Shown here: one piece after another, positions 1 to 9,779 of the stretch | Layout: each line of letters starts with the position of its first letter | How positions within the stretch are numbered: position 1 is the first letter of the stretch | Origin: a virus | Direction: 5' to 3' (one strand) | Length of the DNA: 64,000 nucleotides | IMG/VR virus record: IMGVR_UViG_3300015202_000003 | Span: 134,096 to 198,095 of that record | Position numbers and translations under genes: made by a program | Notes under the pieces: generated by a model | The model's database searches: none | Seen by the model: only the letters and a program-made list of their open reading frames with translations | Told to the model about the DNA's origin: nothing

Positions 1-2
1 TA

Positions 3-188
3 GCCTCTTTTCTAAAAAGTAGGGCTGAAAAGTTTTCAAAATCTTATTCCTCTGTTGAGGATGAAAATTTTAACAGCCATAAAGTTCTTAAAGTTGAATT
101 TTTAAATGTTGTAGAAGATGCTTATGATTTAGGAGTAGACGACGATTCTCATACTTTTCCTTTAGCTTGCGGTATTTTTGTTCACAAC
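3..188 (+). mobile_element. Intein C-terminal splicing region (blocks F/G) inside the portal gene
   Basis: Translation HKVLKVEFLNVVEDAYDLGVDDDSHTFPLACGIFVHN|S gives a canonical His-Asn end (cac aac, 183-188) followed by a Ser +1 nucleophile (189-191). Confidence 0.9.
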
Positions 189-737
189 TCTTTTGATGAT
201 GCAATCGGAGGACAGTATTCCAACACATCTTTGACAAGACTTGATATAAGATATGCCAGAACGGTTAAAAGAATAGTGGTTGCATTACAAGTTGGGATTG
301 AAAAAATAATTGACAATCATTTAGAGACAATTAAAAAAGAAGATTGGAAAGGAAAATATAAAGTGGTATCTACCCCGGTATCCGATGCAGAAGAATCCGA
401 TAGACTTCAAGACTTACAAACTAAAATAGAATTTTGCTCTACTTTAGGAAGTGTTTTAACTTCTGTAGAGGGTGTTTATTCTCCTTTAGAACAAAAGGCT
501 ATTTTACGAAGTTTCATTAAAGATAAAGTTGGAATAGATGTAGAAAAAGTTCTTGCTGCTTATTTAGAATTACACCCCGAAGAAGAAGAAGTTCCCGTTC
601 CTGCCGAAGATGGACAAGAACAAGACCCTAACCAAGAAGCTGCCCCTGAAGATGGAGAACAACAAGAACCAAAAACTAATTCAACAACAAAAGAGCCTTC
701 TCTGGAAGATTTATCTTCTCAGTTGGACGCCCTCTAA
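3..737 (+). CDS. Portal protein (T4 gp20-like), C-terminal part; 5'-truncated by the window edge; contains an intein
   Basis: The frame is open from base 3 to TAA at 735-737. After the intein end it reads SFDDAIGGQYSNTSLTRLDIRYARTVKRI, resembling the gp20-family 'L..EDIRFARTI.RIQ' motif. It has an acidic tail and lies upstream of the protease and capsid genes. Confidence 0.75.
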   Translation, partial: ASFLKSRAEKFSKSYSSVEDENFNSHKVLKVEFLNVVEDAYDLGVDDDSHTFPLACGIFVHNSFDDAIGGQYSNTSLTRLDIRYARTVKRIVVALQVGIEKIIDNHLETIKKEDWKGKYKVVSTPVSDAEESDRLQDLQTKIEFCSTLGSVLTSVEGVYSPLEQKAILRSFIKDKVGIDVEKVLAAYLELHPEEEEVPVPAEDGQEQDPNQEAAPEDGEQQEPKTNSTTKEPSLEDLSSQLDAL

Positions 738-740
738 AAA

Positions 741-1271
741 ATGAAAAATTCAATTATTTCCAAGATTTACGATGTTATTTTTGAATGTGAAAAGAATAAC
801 ATAGAAGTTTTTTCTTTAAGAGAAAGTTTAAGTTTATTTTTTTCAGGTAAAATAACACAGGAAAATTTAGAGCGGAATTTAAATTTATTTTATTTGAGTT
901 CTGTTGAAAAGGAAGAAGTTCCATTAGAGCAAGAAGAAACAAACAAAATTATTTTAGAGTTTCAAAATTCTTGTTCTTCCAAACCTTTTTGGAAGGAGTT
1001 AACAAAATTTTTATATTTAAGCTTAGAAGACGAAGAAAATTTAAATTTGTCTGAAATCTCTCTGGCAAAGGCTTTAAGTTCTTTTTTGACACATGTTTTA
1101 ATTCAGGTGGAAAAGCAAGAAGATTCCTATGTTACTTTAGGAGGTGCGGACTTGAGCTTCCAACTTCATTCTTTTATTTGTGGAGAATTGTCTGTAGAAG
1201 ATTTGCAGAATTGGTTAAAGGAAACTTACGATTTTCTTTCAATAAAGAACAGTGATTTTACAATAAATTAA
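741..1271 (+). CDS. Hypothetical protein
   Basis: 176-aa ORF starting 3 nt after the portal stop; no recognisable motif. Confidence 0.7.
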   Translation: MKNSIISKIYDVIFECEKNNIEVFSLRESLSLFFSGKITQENLERNLNLFYLSSVEKEEVPLEQEETNKIILEFQNSCSSKPFWKELTKFLYLSLEDEENLNLSEISLAKALSSFLTHVLIQVEKQEDSYVTLGGADLSFQLHSFICGELSVEDLQNWLKETYDFLSIKNSDFTIN

Positions 1272-1847
1272 ATGTTATCTTTAAAAGTAAGACAGTTTGA
1301 AAAAGAGTTTAGAAAAACTTTAGTTATAGATAGAAAGAATAACGGTTTTACGGATGTATATGTAGCCAAACACTATGCGATGTTGCCAACTATTTTTGAA
1401 GGGAGTGTCGGCAATATTAAAAAAGAGAGTTTGCAGAGTGCTTTAAGTCTCAATTTGTTAGACGTTGTTTATTGGGGAGATTTTGCAGGACAAGTTACAA
1501 CATTACAAAAGTTAAATTCTTCGGATACGTTGCCCTACCCTTTTAAAGACGAGGTAATTCCACGAATAGAATCTTCTGACCCAATGGGAAAGGAGTTAAT
1601 GTCTTTTGCTCATCTTTTATATTTAAATTTTTATTTGCAAGTTTTACACTCTGTAACGGAGAAAAGTAAACCTTTAAAATCTAATTTTTTCCTTTCAACT
1701 GCGTATGATGATTTGGTAAACTTAAAAAAAATAAAAGAAAACAATTATAGTTTAGATGAATCTCAAATTAAATATTTAAGATTGAACTATGTTTATATAA
1801 TTAAATATTTAATCGAAAGTTTTGAGAACCTTTCTTCTTCTGATTAA
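1272..1847 (+). CDS. Hypothetical protein, paralog family A (related to 2989-3636)
   Basis: DVYVAKHYAMLP resembles DVVVARQMSLVLP, and FAHLLYLNFYLQVL resembles LTAIYFLSLNFLFLYL; similar length. Confidence 0.6.
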   Translation: MLSLKVRQFEKEFRKTLVIDRKNNGFTDVYVAKHYAMLPTIFEGSVGNIKKESLQSALSLNLLDVVYWGDFAGQVTTLQKLNSSDTLPYPFKDEVIPRIESSDPMGKELMSFAHLLYLNFYLQVLHSVTEKSKPLKSNFFLSTAYDDLVNLKKIKENNYSLDESQIKYLRLNYVYIIKYLIESFENLSSSD

Positions 1848-1872
1848 GATTTATAACATTGAAAAAATTAAT

Positions 1873-2988
1873 ATGACTTTTATTGATAATTTAAATGAAT
1901 TGGAAAAATATCCTTGGTTTTCCAATTGGCTATTTTCTTCGGACGACATATCAAGTCATTTTAATGGCCTTACAACTGAAAGTTTTCCGGGTTTTTGGAT
2001 TGCGGGAAGCTATAAAAACGAAGTTCAAGTGGAACTTGCAGACTTAGAGGGGGCAACAAAATACCCTTTTTTGGGCTTTGACATTTGTTTACTGTCCGGA
2101 GAAAACATTGTTTTTAGTTTGGGAGGTCGCGTTTTATGGTGGTTTAATTTTTACGGTGGAAACATTAAAGTTGAAGATTTATTAAAAGCATTTCAACTGT
2201 CTTCTTTGGGAGGCATGTGTTTAGAAGATGCTTTCAGTCAAGTTTTTTCGGACACTGAATCATCTTTTTCTTACGATACTTCTAAAAGCGTTATTTCTAA
2301 TTATAATAATTATAAGGTAACAACTAAGTCAAATAGAGCGGATGTTCTACAAGCATTAGCAGAGTTAGGTCTTTTTTTAGGGAGGAGGGTTAACGAACTG
2401 GCTACTTTGTCTCAGTTTGATTTTTCCTATACTCCTGAAGTTTGGATAGGAAAATATAGAGTTTCGGAATCTATTAGGAAAAAAATTCAACAGTTTCCTT
2501 TTTTTCTTCCCGCTTTATCTTATAAGAGAGACGTTTTTTCTAAATATGCAATTATTTTTCCTTCAGAATTTTTAAAATCTAAATCTTTAGCTATTGTTTT
2601 ATCTAACAATTCAACATATTCTGAATTAACATTAGATCAATATAAAGTTTTAAATGCGTTAGAGTTAACGAGACAGAGTTCTAAGTCTGCTTTTTTATAT
2701 GATTGGTTAAGATTAAAAGACGGAGGGGAAAATTTTGGGGGTGAGAATGTGCCTGATCCTTATGAGGTTTTAACCCAAGTAGGTTTAGATAAAATTTTAG
2801 GGGATGATTGTATTAAGTCCCAATCTTCAAAAACAATGCAAGAGTTAGAGCCAGAAATCACGGACGCTTTAATTTACCCTCCTGAAACAGATAAATATAC
2901 AGAAGAACAAAAGAAAGTCTTTGACCCTGTTTTTATCAATAGATACAATTCTTTGATGGGTTTTTGGAGAAGGTTTTTAAAAATTTAA
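1873..2988 (+). CDS. Hypothetical protein, distant member of paralog family B
   Basis: ATG at 1873 is preferred to the overlapping TTG at 1822. SYDTSKSVISNYNNY resembles SYDKNKSTIFNYINF and FYDKTKSTVFNYINY; C-terminus RRFLKI resembles RRFKIKGII. Confidence 0.6.
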   Translation: MTFIDNLNELEKYPWFSNWLFSSDDISSHFNGLTTESFPGFWIAGSYKNEVQVELADLEGATKYPFLGFDICLLSGENIVFSLGGRVLWWFNFYGGNIKVEDLLKAFQLSSLGGMCLEDAFSQVFSDTESSFSYDTSKSVISNYNNYKVTTKSNRADVLQALAELGLFLGRRVNELATLSQFDFSYTPEVWIGKYRVSESIRKKIQQFPFFLPALSYKRDVFSKYAIIFPSEFLKSKSLAIVLSNNSTYSELTLDQYKVLNALELTRQSSKSAFLYDWLRLKDGGENFGGENVPDPYEVLTQVGLDKILGDDCIKSQSSKTMQELEPEITDALIYPPETDKYTEEQKKVFDPVFINRYNSLMGFWRRFLKI

Positions 2989-3636
2989 ATGAATTACGAA
3001 GCACAAGTTTATCGTTTAGGGGTTTACCGTCAATTTTTAGCAAAAGAAATAGTAAATGCTAAAGAGTGGGATGTGGTAGTAGCTCGTCAAATGTCCTTGG
3101 TTCTTCCTTACAGTAAAGAAGAATTAAAAAAAGCTCATATTTATCAACATGACACTTCAGAAGATATTGACGTTGAATTAATTTTTCCGTCTTATTTAAG
3201 ATTTTTTCTTAAAGACCTTGAAATAAAAAAACAATGGGTTAATTTAACGACTTACGATAAGAGTTTATTTTCTCCTGACGCCGTCAAAGCGATTAGTTCT
3301 TTAACGGCGATTTATTTTCTCAGTTTGAATTTTTTATTTTTGTATTTGCGTTCGGATAAAGACATGAGCTATTCTGAAAACTTTGAAAAAATAAAAGGTA
3401 AATCTCCGGTATCGGAAAAGTTGTTTTTATATTTTTTCAAAGCGATGGAAACTTTTCACGTTGGGGGAGAGTTATACGAATCTTTAAAAGAGGTTGTTCC
3501 TAAAGGAAAAAATTTGGGTGTTGAGTTAACTTCTAACGATTGCGATTTTTTTAATTTTACTGCGGCACGTTTAGCTTATTCTTTTTTAATTTATTCTCGG
3601 AAAGGGGGAACAACAGTTTCAACAAAAACGCCTTAA
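2989..3636 (+). CDS. Hypothetical protein, paralog family A
   Basis: Shares the motifs listed for 1272-1847. Confidence 0.6.
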   Translation: MNYEAQVYRLGVYRQFLAKEIVNAKEWDVVVARQMSLVLPYSKEELKKAHIYQHDTSEDIDVELIFPSYLRFFLKDLEIKKQWVNLTTYDKSLFSPDAVKAISSLTAIYFLSLNFLFLYLRSDKDMSYSENFEKIKGKSPVSEKLFLYFFKAMETFHVGGELYESLKEVVPKGKNLGVELTSNDCDFFNFTAARLAYSFLIYSRKGGTTVSTKTP

Positions 3637-3639
3637 AAA

Positions 3640-4644
3640 ATGTCTTTTAAACTTACAAGGAAACAGATTGAAGTTTCTTACAGAAATTTAATTGACTTCG
3701 AGAATATTTTAGCGGAAGCTCCTAATCTTCACAGATCAACGGCCCTTCCGCTGAAAGGCCCTTGTCTTCTAAAATCAAAGGCGTTTATAGTTTCTATTTT
3801 TAAAATAGACGCTGCATCTAAAAAATGTTATTTAAATTATTTAGAGGTAGAATCAACTGGTTTACAAATTCCATTTTGTTTAGGTAGCGTTAGCTTATTT
3901 TGGTTAGATGCTGAAACAGGTTACATCTATTCTTCTGTTTCTGCTTTGCCGATTTACGTTCCTCTTTACAATTTAAAAGGTTTGATAGAAAGTTTAGATT
4001 TCAATTGGGAGGTTTATCTTAAATTGGGAATGAATGGTTTTAACCCGACATCGGGTTTTGATTGGAGATGTAGCCGAACGACTGAACTCGAAAATGTAGG
4101 GGGGTTATACTCCAATTCAATTTCTTACGATAAAAATAAATCTACAATTTTTAATTATATAAATTTTCAAAAAACAGAGGTTTCTCCTGATAAAACTCTT
4201 AAAGCAGAAGCTTGGGGAATGTGTCAGAAATTTTTTAATGTTTTGGCCTCGACTGATTTCTACAATTCTTTAAATATAGAAAATGTTTTGGGAAATTTAA
4301 TTTCTGTTTCAAAGGATTTTCTTGAAGCTAAAGAATCGTTTGATTATTTATTATTAGAAAATTCTTTTCAGTCTCCGATTATGAAAGATTTTTTATTGGA
4401 AAATTCTTTTCAGTCTTTTAATATGAGAGATGTTATTAAGAAAGCAGAAGATGCCAATATACTAAATACTTTGAATATGGGGATTGGAAGTTTTTATGAA
4501 AACTACATTAAAAAATATTTTGATGATGAAAGTATTTCTAAACAAATTGAAAAAGTAGAAGATAAAAATTTATTTCCCTACGAGATAGTATTAACTCAGT
4601 TTTCAAAATTAGTAAGGAGATTTAAAATCAAAGGAATAATTTAA
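3640..4644 (+). CDS. Hypothetical protein, paralog family B
   Basis: Clearly similar to 4671-5600 (LNYLE.ESTGLQ.P, LFWLDAETG, FNWEVYL.LGM, identical last 25 aa). Internal duplication of LLENSFQS. Confidence 0.8.
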   Translation: MSFKLTRKQIEVSYRNLIDFENILAEAPNLHRSTALPLKGPCLLKSKAFIVSIFKIDAASKKCYLNYLEVESTGLQIPFCLGSVSLFWLDAETGYIYSSVSALPIYVPLYNLKGLIESLDFNWEVYLKLGMNGFNPTSGFDWRCSRTTELENVGGLYSNSISYDKNKSTIFNYINFQKTEVSPDKTLKAEAWGMCQKFFNVLASTDFYNSLNIENVLGNLISVSKDFLEAKESFDYLLLENSFQSPIMKDFLLENSFQSFNMRDVIKKAEDANILNTLNMGIGSFYENYIKKYFDDESISKQIEKVEDKNLFPYEIVLTQFSKLVRRFKIKGII

Positions 4645-5600
4645 GATTTAATTTTAGCTCCTAAAACACAATGTCTTTTAAAAACACAGAAAAGCAAGTA
4701 GCAATTTCTTTTAAAGATGCTAAGATGGTAGACAGCTATCTTTCAATTTATCCGAAAATAAAGAAGTTAATTGTTCCTAAAGTTAGCCCCTACGGTGATA
4801 CTTTAAATTATTTAGAAACAGAGTCTACGGGGCTACAAGTTCCTATTTATTTAGTGGGATCATCAATTTCTCAGAATCATTTATTTTGGTTAGATGCTGA
4901 AACAGGGTTTCTTTTTTCTTCCGTTTCTGCTTTGCCTGTTTATGTTCCTCTTTTTGATTTAAAAAGTTTTGTAGAAATTTTTGGTTTCAATTGGGAGGTT
5001 TATCTTAGATTGGGAATGGAGAATTTTGATACAGACGCAGGTTTTGATTACAACGGAAGAAATTTTGACGTGAAAGAGTTGTTTTCAAGTTATTCTTTTT
5101 ACGATAAAACTAAATCTACAGTTTTTAATTATATAAATTATAGAAGTTCTTTAGTCTCTCCTGATCAAGAAAAGAGTTTAAAATTATGGCGGCAGTTTCT
5201 GCCAGTGTTTATAACTATATCTACGAATGTTTTTTATAATGCTTTAAACTCAAATAATATTTTAGGTTCTTTAATAGATGCTGATGCCTACGCTAAAAAC
5301 AGACTGGACTATCTATTATTAGAAAACTCGTTTCAATCTCCCATATTAAAAGACTTGTTGGGAGTATTAGCAATGGACACTTCTCCCGAACAAATAATAG
5401 AAAAAGCAACCAAAGCTAAGATTTTCGATACGCTCAAAACAGAGCCTCTTATGTTTTCTTCTTCAAACATTAAAAAATATTTTGATGATGTGGATGTTTC
5501 TACAGAGTTTAAAGAATCTGACAATTTATTTCCCTATGAGATAGTATTAACTCAGTTTTCAAAATTAGTAAGGAGATTTAAAATCAAAGGAATAATTTAA
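4567..5600 (+). repeat. 78-bp direct repeat (4567-4644 and 5523-5600), one mismatch
   Basis: aatttatttcccta(c/t)gagatagtattaactcagttttcaaaattagtaaggagatttaaaatcaaaggaataatttaa ends both genes. Confidence 0.95.
4671..5600 (+). CDS. Hypothetical protein, paralog family B
   Basis: Tandem paralog of 3640-4644. Confidence 0.8.
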   Translation: MSFKNTEKQVAISFKDAKMVDSYLSIYPKIKKLIVPKVSPYGDTLNYLETESTGLQVPIYLVGSSISQNHLFWLDAETGFLFSSVSALPVYVPLFDLKSFVEIFGFNWEVYLRLGMENFDTDAGFDYNGRNFDVKELFSSYSFYDKTKSTVFNYINYRSSLVSPDQEKSLKLWRQFLPVFITISTNVFYNALNSNNILGSLIDADAYAKNRLDYLLLENSFQSPILKDLLGVLAMDTSPEQIIEKATKAKIFDTLKTEPLMFSSSNIKKYFDDVDVSTEFKESDNLFPYEIVLTQFSKLVRRFKIKGII

Positions 5601-5633
5601 AAGATAAAGAAGATAGAAATTAACAATTAAAAA

Positions 5634-8600
5634 ATGATTTACAGTTCAGTATTACCTTTCATAGAACAGTCCAAACTTTGTGGTTCTGGATTTATTGAGA
5701 ATTTCGATTTAACTCAAGTTTATTTTCCTTTAACACTAACACCAGACTTACAAAAAGTTTTGGATAGCGTTTCTTATAGCTCTTCTTCTCATAATCCTCT
5801 TGTTATTCATGTTCAACCATTGGATATTTATATCATAGATGCTGTTGACCCTTTGTTTGCTTTATGGCAGTTGAGTAAAAAGACTTCTGATGTAACTTTG
5901 AGAAGAGTAGATTATTCCAATGTTGCCGAGCAGTTAGTTTATTTTAGGGACACGGTAGAAAACAAAGAGAAAGTTTATATTCCCAGTCATGGCAATACGG
6001 GGGATGTATTAGATATTCAAAACTGTTCTTTAATTTTAAAAGCTAAATTGGGACAAGTTGCGGAGGAAAAAGATTTAGTTTCTTTTTCTTTAAGTTCAGA
6101 ATTTGAGGTTTACGAAAATTTAAATTTAGAAGATAACCAAGTTCAAATTGAAGAGCATTTGGAAGAGTTAGATGCTTTGGCTTTTAATTTAAATAAGGAG
6201 AAGAGAAAGTTGTTTAAAAAATTAAATGAAGAGTTGAGTGACGACGAAAAGAGTTTAGATTTAAGTTATACGGGCCAAGTCAACGATAGTTCTGTTATTA
6301 TGGCGTTTCTTACGTCTTATTTATTAGAGCCTAAAAATCCTCCTAAAGTCCCTATGATTCAGTCGAACTCGGGAATGGGAAAAAGTTCGATCATTAAATC
6401 TTTAGCTAATAAGTTAGGTTTTAGAATGGTGGATATTCGCGCGGCTTTCATGTTGCCGTTAGATTTTAAAGGTTTGGCAGAGGTGGTGGCGGAAGACAAT
6501 CAAACAACAACAACTTACGCTCCAAGTGCAAAACTTTTGGAGTGTTCGGACGCCGGAATTTATTTTGCCCGTAGCACAGTTGAGAAAATTAAAGTTTTAA
6601 TTCAAGACATTGTTGAAACTTTACCAAAAGAGTTTTCTTCTCAAAATTTAGAACAAGTTTTAAAATTGGATGTTTCCAAAGAGGATAAAACCATTCAAGA
6701 TATTGTTTCTCGTTTAAAGAATTTAGCTTATTTTCAAGCTAAGTATGAAGAGAAGTCAAAAAGACCTCTTTTATTTTTAGATGAATATACAAGAGCAATT
6801 CCTATGATTCAGGGAGCGTTCTTTGAAATTTTTACGGACAGAAAATTTGCAGATCAAGAAATGACTTTAGCAAAGGTTTTGGCTGCGACTAACTTTCCTG
6901 TAGGGATTGACCCGGAGTTAGCTTCTAATATGTTCCCCGGTGTGGGTTTAGTAGAGAATCCTGCCGCTTTAAATAGATTCTTAATTTTAAATGTTACGGA
7001 GAATGATGTTATTCCTGATTGGTTGGTTTGGGCGGGACAAACGAACAAAGAAACGGGAAAACAAAACATTCATCCTTCTGTTTATAAATTTCTCCAAGAT
7101 AAAAAATATCAAATTTACGACTTTAAAGTTGTAGAGAACGCTTTTAATGCTTCTATAGCTGATCAAGACCCTCGTCCTCAAACAAAAGTAGCAACTACTC
7201 CTTTCCCCAATTTTAGAACTTGGGAGATGGTTTCTAATTATTTATATAGTGAAGAATCTAAGATGGGAGCTACAGCATTTTCTTCTACAGAAAATGTAGG
7301 TAATGAATTAGACATAACCTCCACAGAAGATGCTCAGGTAGATAAAGATAGTTCAACATTTTCTCCTTCTTCTCCTCTAACATACATAGCAAAGTATACG
7401 GCGAAAGATCGTTACGAATCCGGGCCTAGAACAGGTGTGATTCGTGCTAATTCTAAAGCAAGAGAGCAAGAAGAAGCTAAAAAGAGTGGTTTGACTTTTG
7501 AAGACAGGGGGTCGGAAGTTGAAATTAATAGTTCGGGAGAAAAAGGCGTTGTTAAATCTTACGACGTTTCTTCTGAAATCTTTGATATTACAACTTCTAC
7601 AGGAGATCAAAAGGTTTATAAAAAAGATGTTACTCTTATTCACTCAAAAGATTATTTATTGTCGTCATCATCAGGGTTAGTTTCTTATTCTGATTCCGTT
7701 AAAGATAAAACCTCTCAAAAATTAAATTCTAAATTACCTGTAATTTTACCGACAGCCCTTGAAAAATTAGTTGGCATAGGGGCTTCTAATGATTTCTTAA
7801 AATCAGGTTTTTACAAATGTAATAAAAAACTAACAAAGCCAGAAACTTCTATGACGGATGTTACGGATGCGGCATTAAGCTCAAACACTCCTTTGTTATT
7901 AGCAGGAAGCAGCAGTCTTGGCAAGTCGGCAAGAGTTTATCAATGGGCAGAAAAAAACAATGCGGAAGTTATTACAATTTTATTATCTCAAACTGACCCT
8001 GCATTAGTAATGGGTAGACCAGATACGGTAAAAGCGATTGATTACATGGCGGGAAGCGTTATTTCTTCTGATTCAAAAATAAGAAATCCTCAAACTGGTT
8101 TATATGATGATAAAGTTTCTGTTCAAGGAATGGATGGAAAGCCTGTTGAAATAAACCAAACTCGTTACGCTCAAAGCAATTTAGAAAAATCTGAACCTGA
8201 ACTTTATCACGATTTAGCGGTAGATTTTCCTCCTGCTTTAGCTAAGTCTTTTACGACAAGAGTTCCGGATAGAAAATTAAAATCTCAAATGGAGGATATA
8301 ATTTTCAACAAGAAAAAAACTTGTATTATATATTTTGATGAGGTAAATATATGCTCAACTCCTGCCGTAATGAGTGCGATTTTCGAGTGTTATTCGGACT
8401 CAAGAGTGTTTGGCATTGACTTTTCTTCTTTTAAAGACAGAGTAAGAATTGTTTGCGCTTGTAACTTAAAGGGTTCGGGAGTATTAGATTTGGACACGGC
8501 TTTTGGCGCACGGTTTATGACGTTTGCCAAAGAAAAATATGATATTTCGGATGCCAAAGCCTATTTAAATTACGCTGAAACTAAATTAGAAAAGGGAGAG

Positions 8601-9695
8601 TTTTCTCCAATTTTATATAAGCATTTGAAAGCTTTAAGTCCAACAGATTTATTGGATTTTCTAAGTTCTGTTGACCAAACAGATCAAGGGCAAAAATATG
8701 CTGAATCGACGGCGTTACCTTCTTCAAGAAGTTTTGAAACACTAAGTCAGTTTTTAAGTTCTGATTCCTACTCTTATTTACGAGGCTCTTTGGTTTGGGC
8801 TGATTTAGAAGTAGATAGCAGATTTAATAGTATTGAAACTTCTAATTTAGCTTTAGATACTTCAAAAGACAAATTAAGGGATTTGTGTGATTTAGTTTCC
8901 TCTCGTTTATCAAATTGGACTTGTTTACGTTCTGACCCCAACGGCTATTATGCAACCACTTTAGTAGGAACATTAAATGCCAGCGGCCCTAAAATAAAAG
9001 AGTTATTTGAATACAATTATAATTTGGCATTTAAAGACGCTTCTGTTTCAGACGATAAAAAATTAAAATCCTGTAATTCTTTAATGGTTTTAATTAAGGC
9101 TATGCGAGATATGGAAAAGAGGGTAGAAGATAAAAGAAGAGAAACAACAAATAATATCATTGGCCCAGAAGCAGGTTCAAAATTTTTAAATTTTTATAAT
9201 CCTTTAAGTGGCATGGATGGGGATATGTATGAGATTCCGGATTTGGGAGACTTAAAATTAATACCTGTTTATTGGAAACAACAATATGCTTTAGCGGATT
9301 CTTCTGTTAATGAAGGCGGAAGAATCAATCTAATTAATTCTTTGTCTTTGGAATTTACGAAGTTTTGGAGTTCTAAACCAGAATTTAAAGAAGATCAATG
9401 TTTGGCATGGTTAAATTCTTTGTTAAGTCCAATTCCTCAAGTGGATGTTCAAAAAGATGCAGTGATTTCTTTAACAACAAATCCAGACACGGATATAATT
9501 TTTTATAAATTGTCTGAAGACAGTCAGAAAATTATTTTAACACAGGTTTACGGCGCTAAAGAAGTAGATTCTAAATGGAATGATTTAATTGCTTCTCGAA
9601 ACCCTGAAGCGCAAAAAACAATTTCTACTGGAAATCTTTTCCCAATGGATGAATCTTTTGCGGCCAAGTTAAGAAAGTTTGGTTTTGCGGTTTAG
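5634..9695 (+). CDS. Tandem two-module MoxR-type AAA+ ATPase
   Basis: Module 1: SNSGMGKSS, LLFLDEY, AATN, ALNRF, PNFRTWE. Module 2: GSSSLGKSA, IYFDEVN, CACN, GARF, PSSRSFE. Confidence 0.9.
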   Translation: MIYSSVLPFIEQSKLCGSGFIENFDLTQVYFPLTLTPDLQKVLDSVSYSSSSHNPLVIHVQPLDIYIIDAVDPLFALWQLSKKTSDVTLRRVDYSNVAEQLVYFRDTVENKEKVYIPSHGNTGDVLDIQNCSLILKAKLGQVAEEKDLVSFSLSSEFEVYENLNLEDNQVQIEEHLEELDALAFNLNKEKRKLFKKLNEELSDDEKSLDLSYTGQVNDSSVIMAFLTSYLLEPKNPPKVPMIQSNSGMGKSSIIKSLANKLGFRMVDIRAAFMLPLDFKGLAEVVAEDNQTTTTYAPSAKLLECSDAGIYFARSTVEKIKVLIQDIVETLPKEFSSQNLEQVLKLDVSKEDKTIQDIVSRLKNLAYFQAKYEEKSKRPLLFLDEYTRAIPMIQGAFFEIFTDRKFADQEMTLAKVLAATNFPVGIDPELASNMFPGVGLVENPAALNRFLILNVTENDVIPDWLVWAGQTNKETGKQNIHPSVYKFLQDKKYQIYDFKVVENAFNASIADQDPRPQTKVATTPFPNFRTWEMVSNYLYSEESKMGATAFSSTENVGNELDITSTEDAQVDKDSSTFSPSSPLTYIAKYTAKDRYESGPRTGVIRANSKAREQEEAKKSGLTFEDRGSEVEINSSGEKGVVKSYDVSSEIFDITTSTGDQKVYKKDVTLIHSKDYLLSSSSGLVSYSDSVKDKTSQKLNSKLPVILPTALEKLVGIGASNDFLKSGFYKCNKKLTKPETSMTDVTDAALSSNTPLLLAGSSSLGKSARVYQWAEKNNAEVITILLSQTDPALVMGRPDTVKAIDYMAGSVISSDSKIRNPQTGLYDDKVSVQGMDGKPVEINQTRYAQSNLEKSEPELYHDLAVDFPPALAKSFTTRVPDRKLKSQMEDIIFNKKKTCIIYFDEVNICSTPAVMSAIFECYSDSRVFGIDFSSFKDRVRIVCACNLKGSGVLDLDTAFGARFMTFAKEKYDISDAKAYLNYAETKLEKGEFSPILYKHLKALSPTDLLDFLSSVDQTDQGQKYAESTALPSSRSFETLSQFLSSDSYSYLRGSLVWADLEVDSRFNSIETSNLALDTSKDKLRDLCDLVSSRLSNWTCLRSDPNGYYATTLVGTLNASGPKIKELFEYNYNLAFKDASVSDDKKLKSCNSLMVLIKAMRDMEKRVEDKRRETTNNIIGPEAGSKFLNFYNPLSGMDGDMYEIPDLGDLKLIPVYWKQQYALADSSVNEGGRINLINSLSLEFTKFWSSKPEFKEDQCLAWLNSLLSPIPQVDVQKDAVISLTTNPDTDIIFYKLSEDSQKIILTQVYGAKEVDSKWNDLIASRNPEAQKTISTGNLFPMDESFAAKLRKFGFAV

Positions 9696-9716
9696 AGGGG
9701 GGGGTAGGGTTTGTAA

Positions 9717-9765
9717 AAAGAGGAAGTTGAAATCTTGTTTAATTTCAAATTTCAACTTCCTCTTT
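9717..9765 (+). terminator. Long inverted repeat, probable intrinsic terminator
   Basis: AAAGAGGAAGTTGAAAT...ATTTCAACTTCCTCTTT, a 17-bp perfect stem. Confidence 0.6.
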
Positions 9766-9779
9766 ATTAAAAATAAAAA

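Noticed and set aside
735-3642. Successive ORFs joined in frame (TAA ATG or TAA AAA ATG), suggesting stop-codon recoding
   Set aside because: The stops are TAA, which also ends full-length capsid, sheath and tube genes. Coding density is already high under the standard code, and each downstream ORF has its own ATG.
4567-5600. Near-identical 3' repeats as DGR template/variable repeats
   Set aside because: The single mismatch is C/T rather than adenine-specific, both copies are coding, and no reverse transcriptase is present in the window.
9697-9709. G8 tract after the AAA gene as a G-quadruplex or phase-variation site
   Set aside because: It is intergenic, a single occurrence, and has no evident effect on a frame or promoter.
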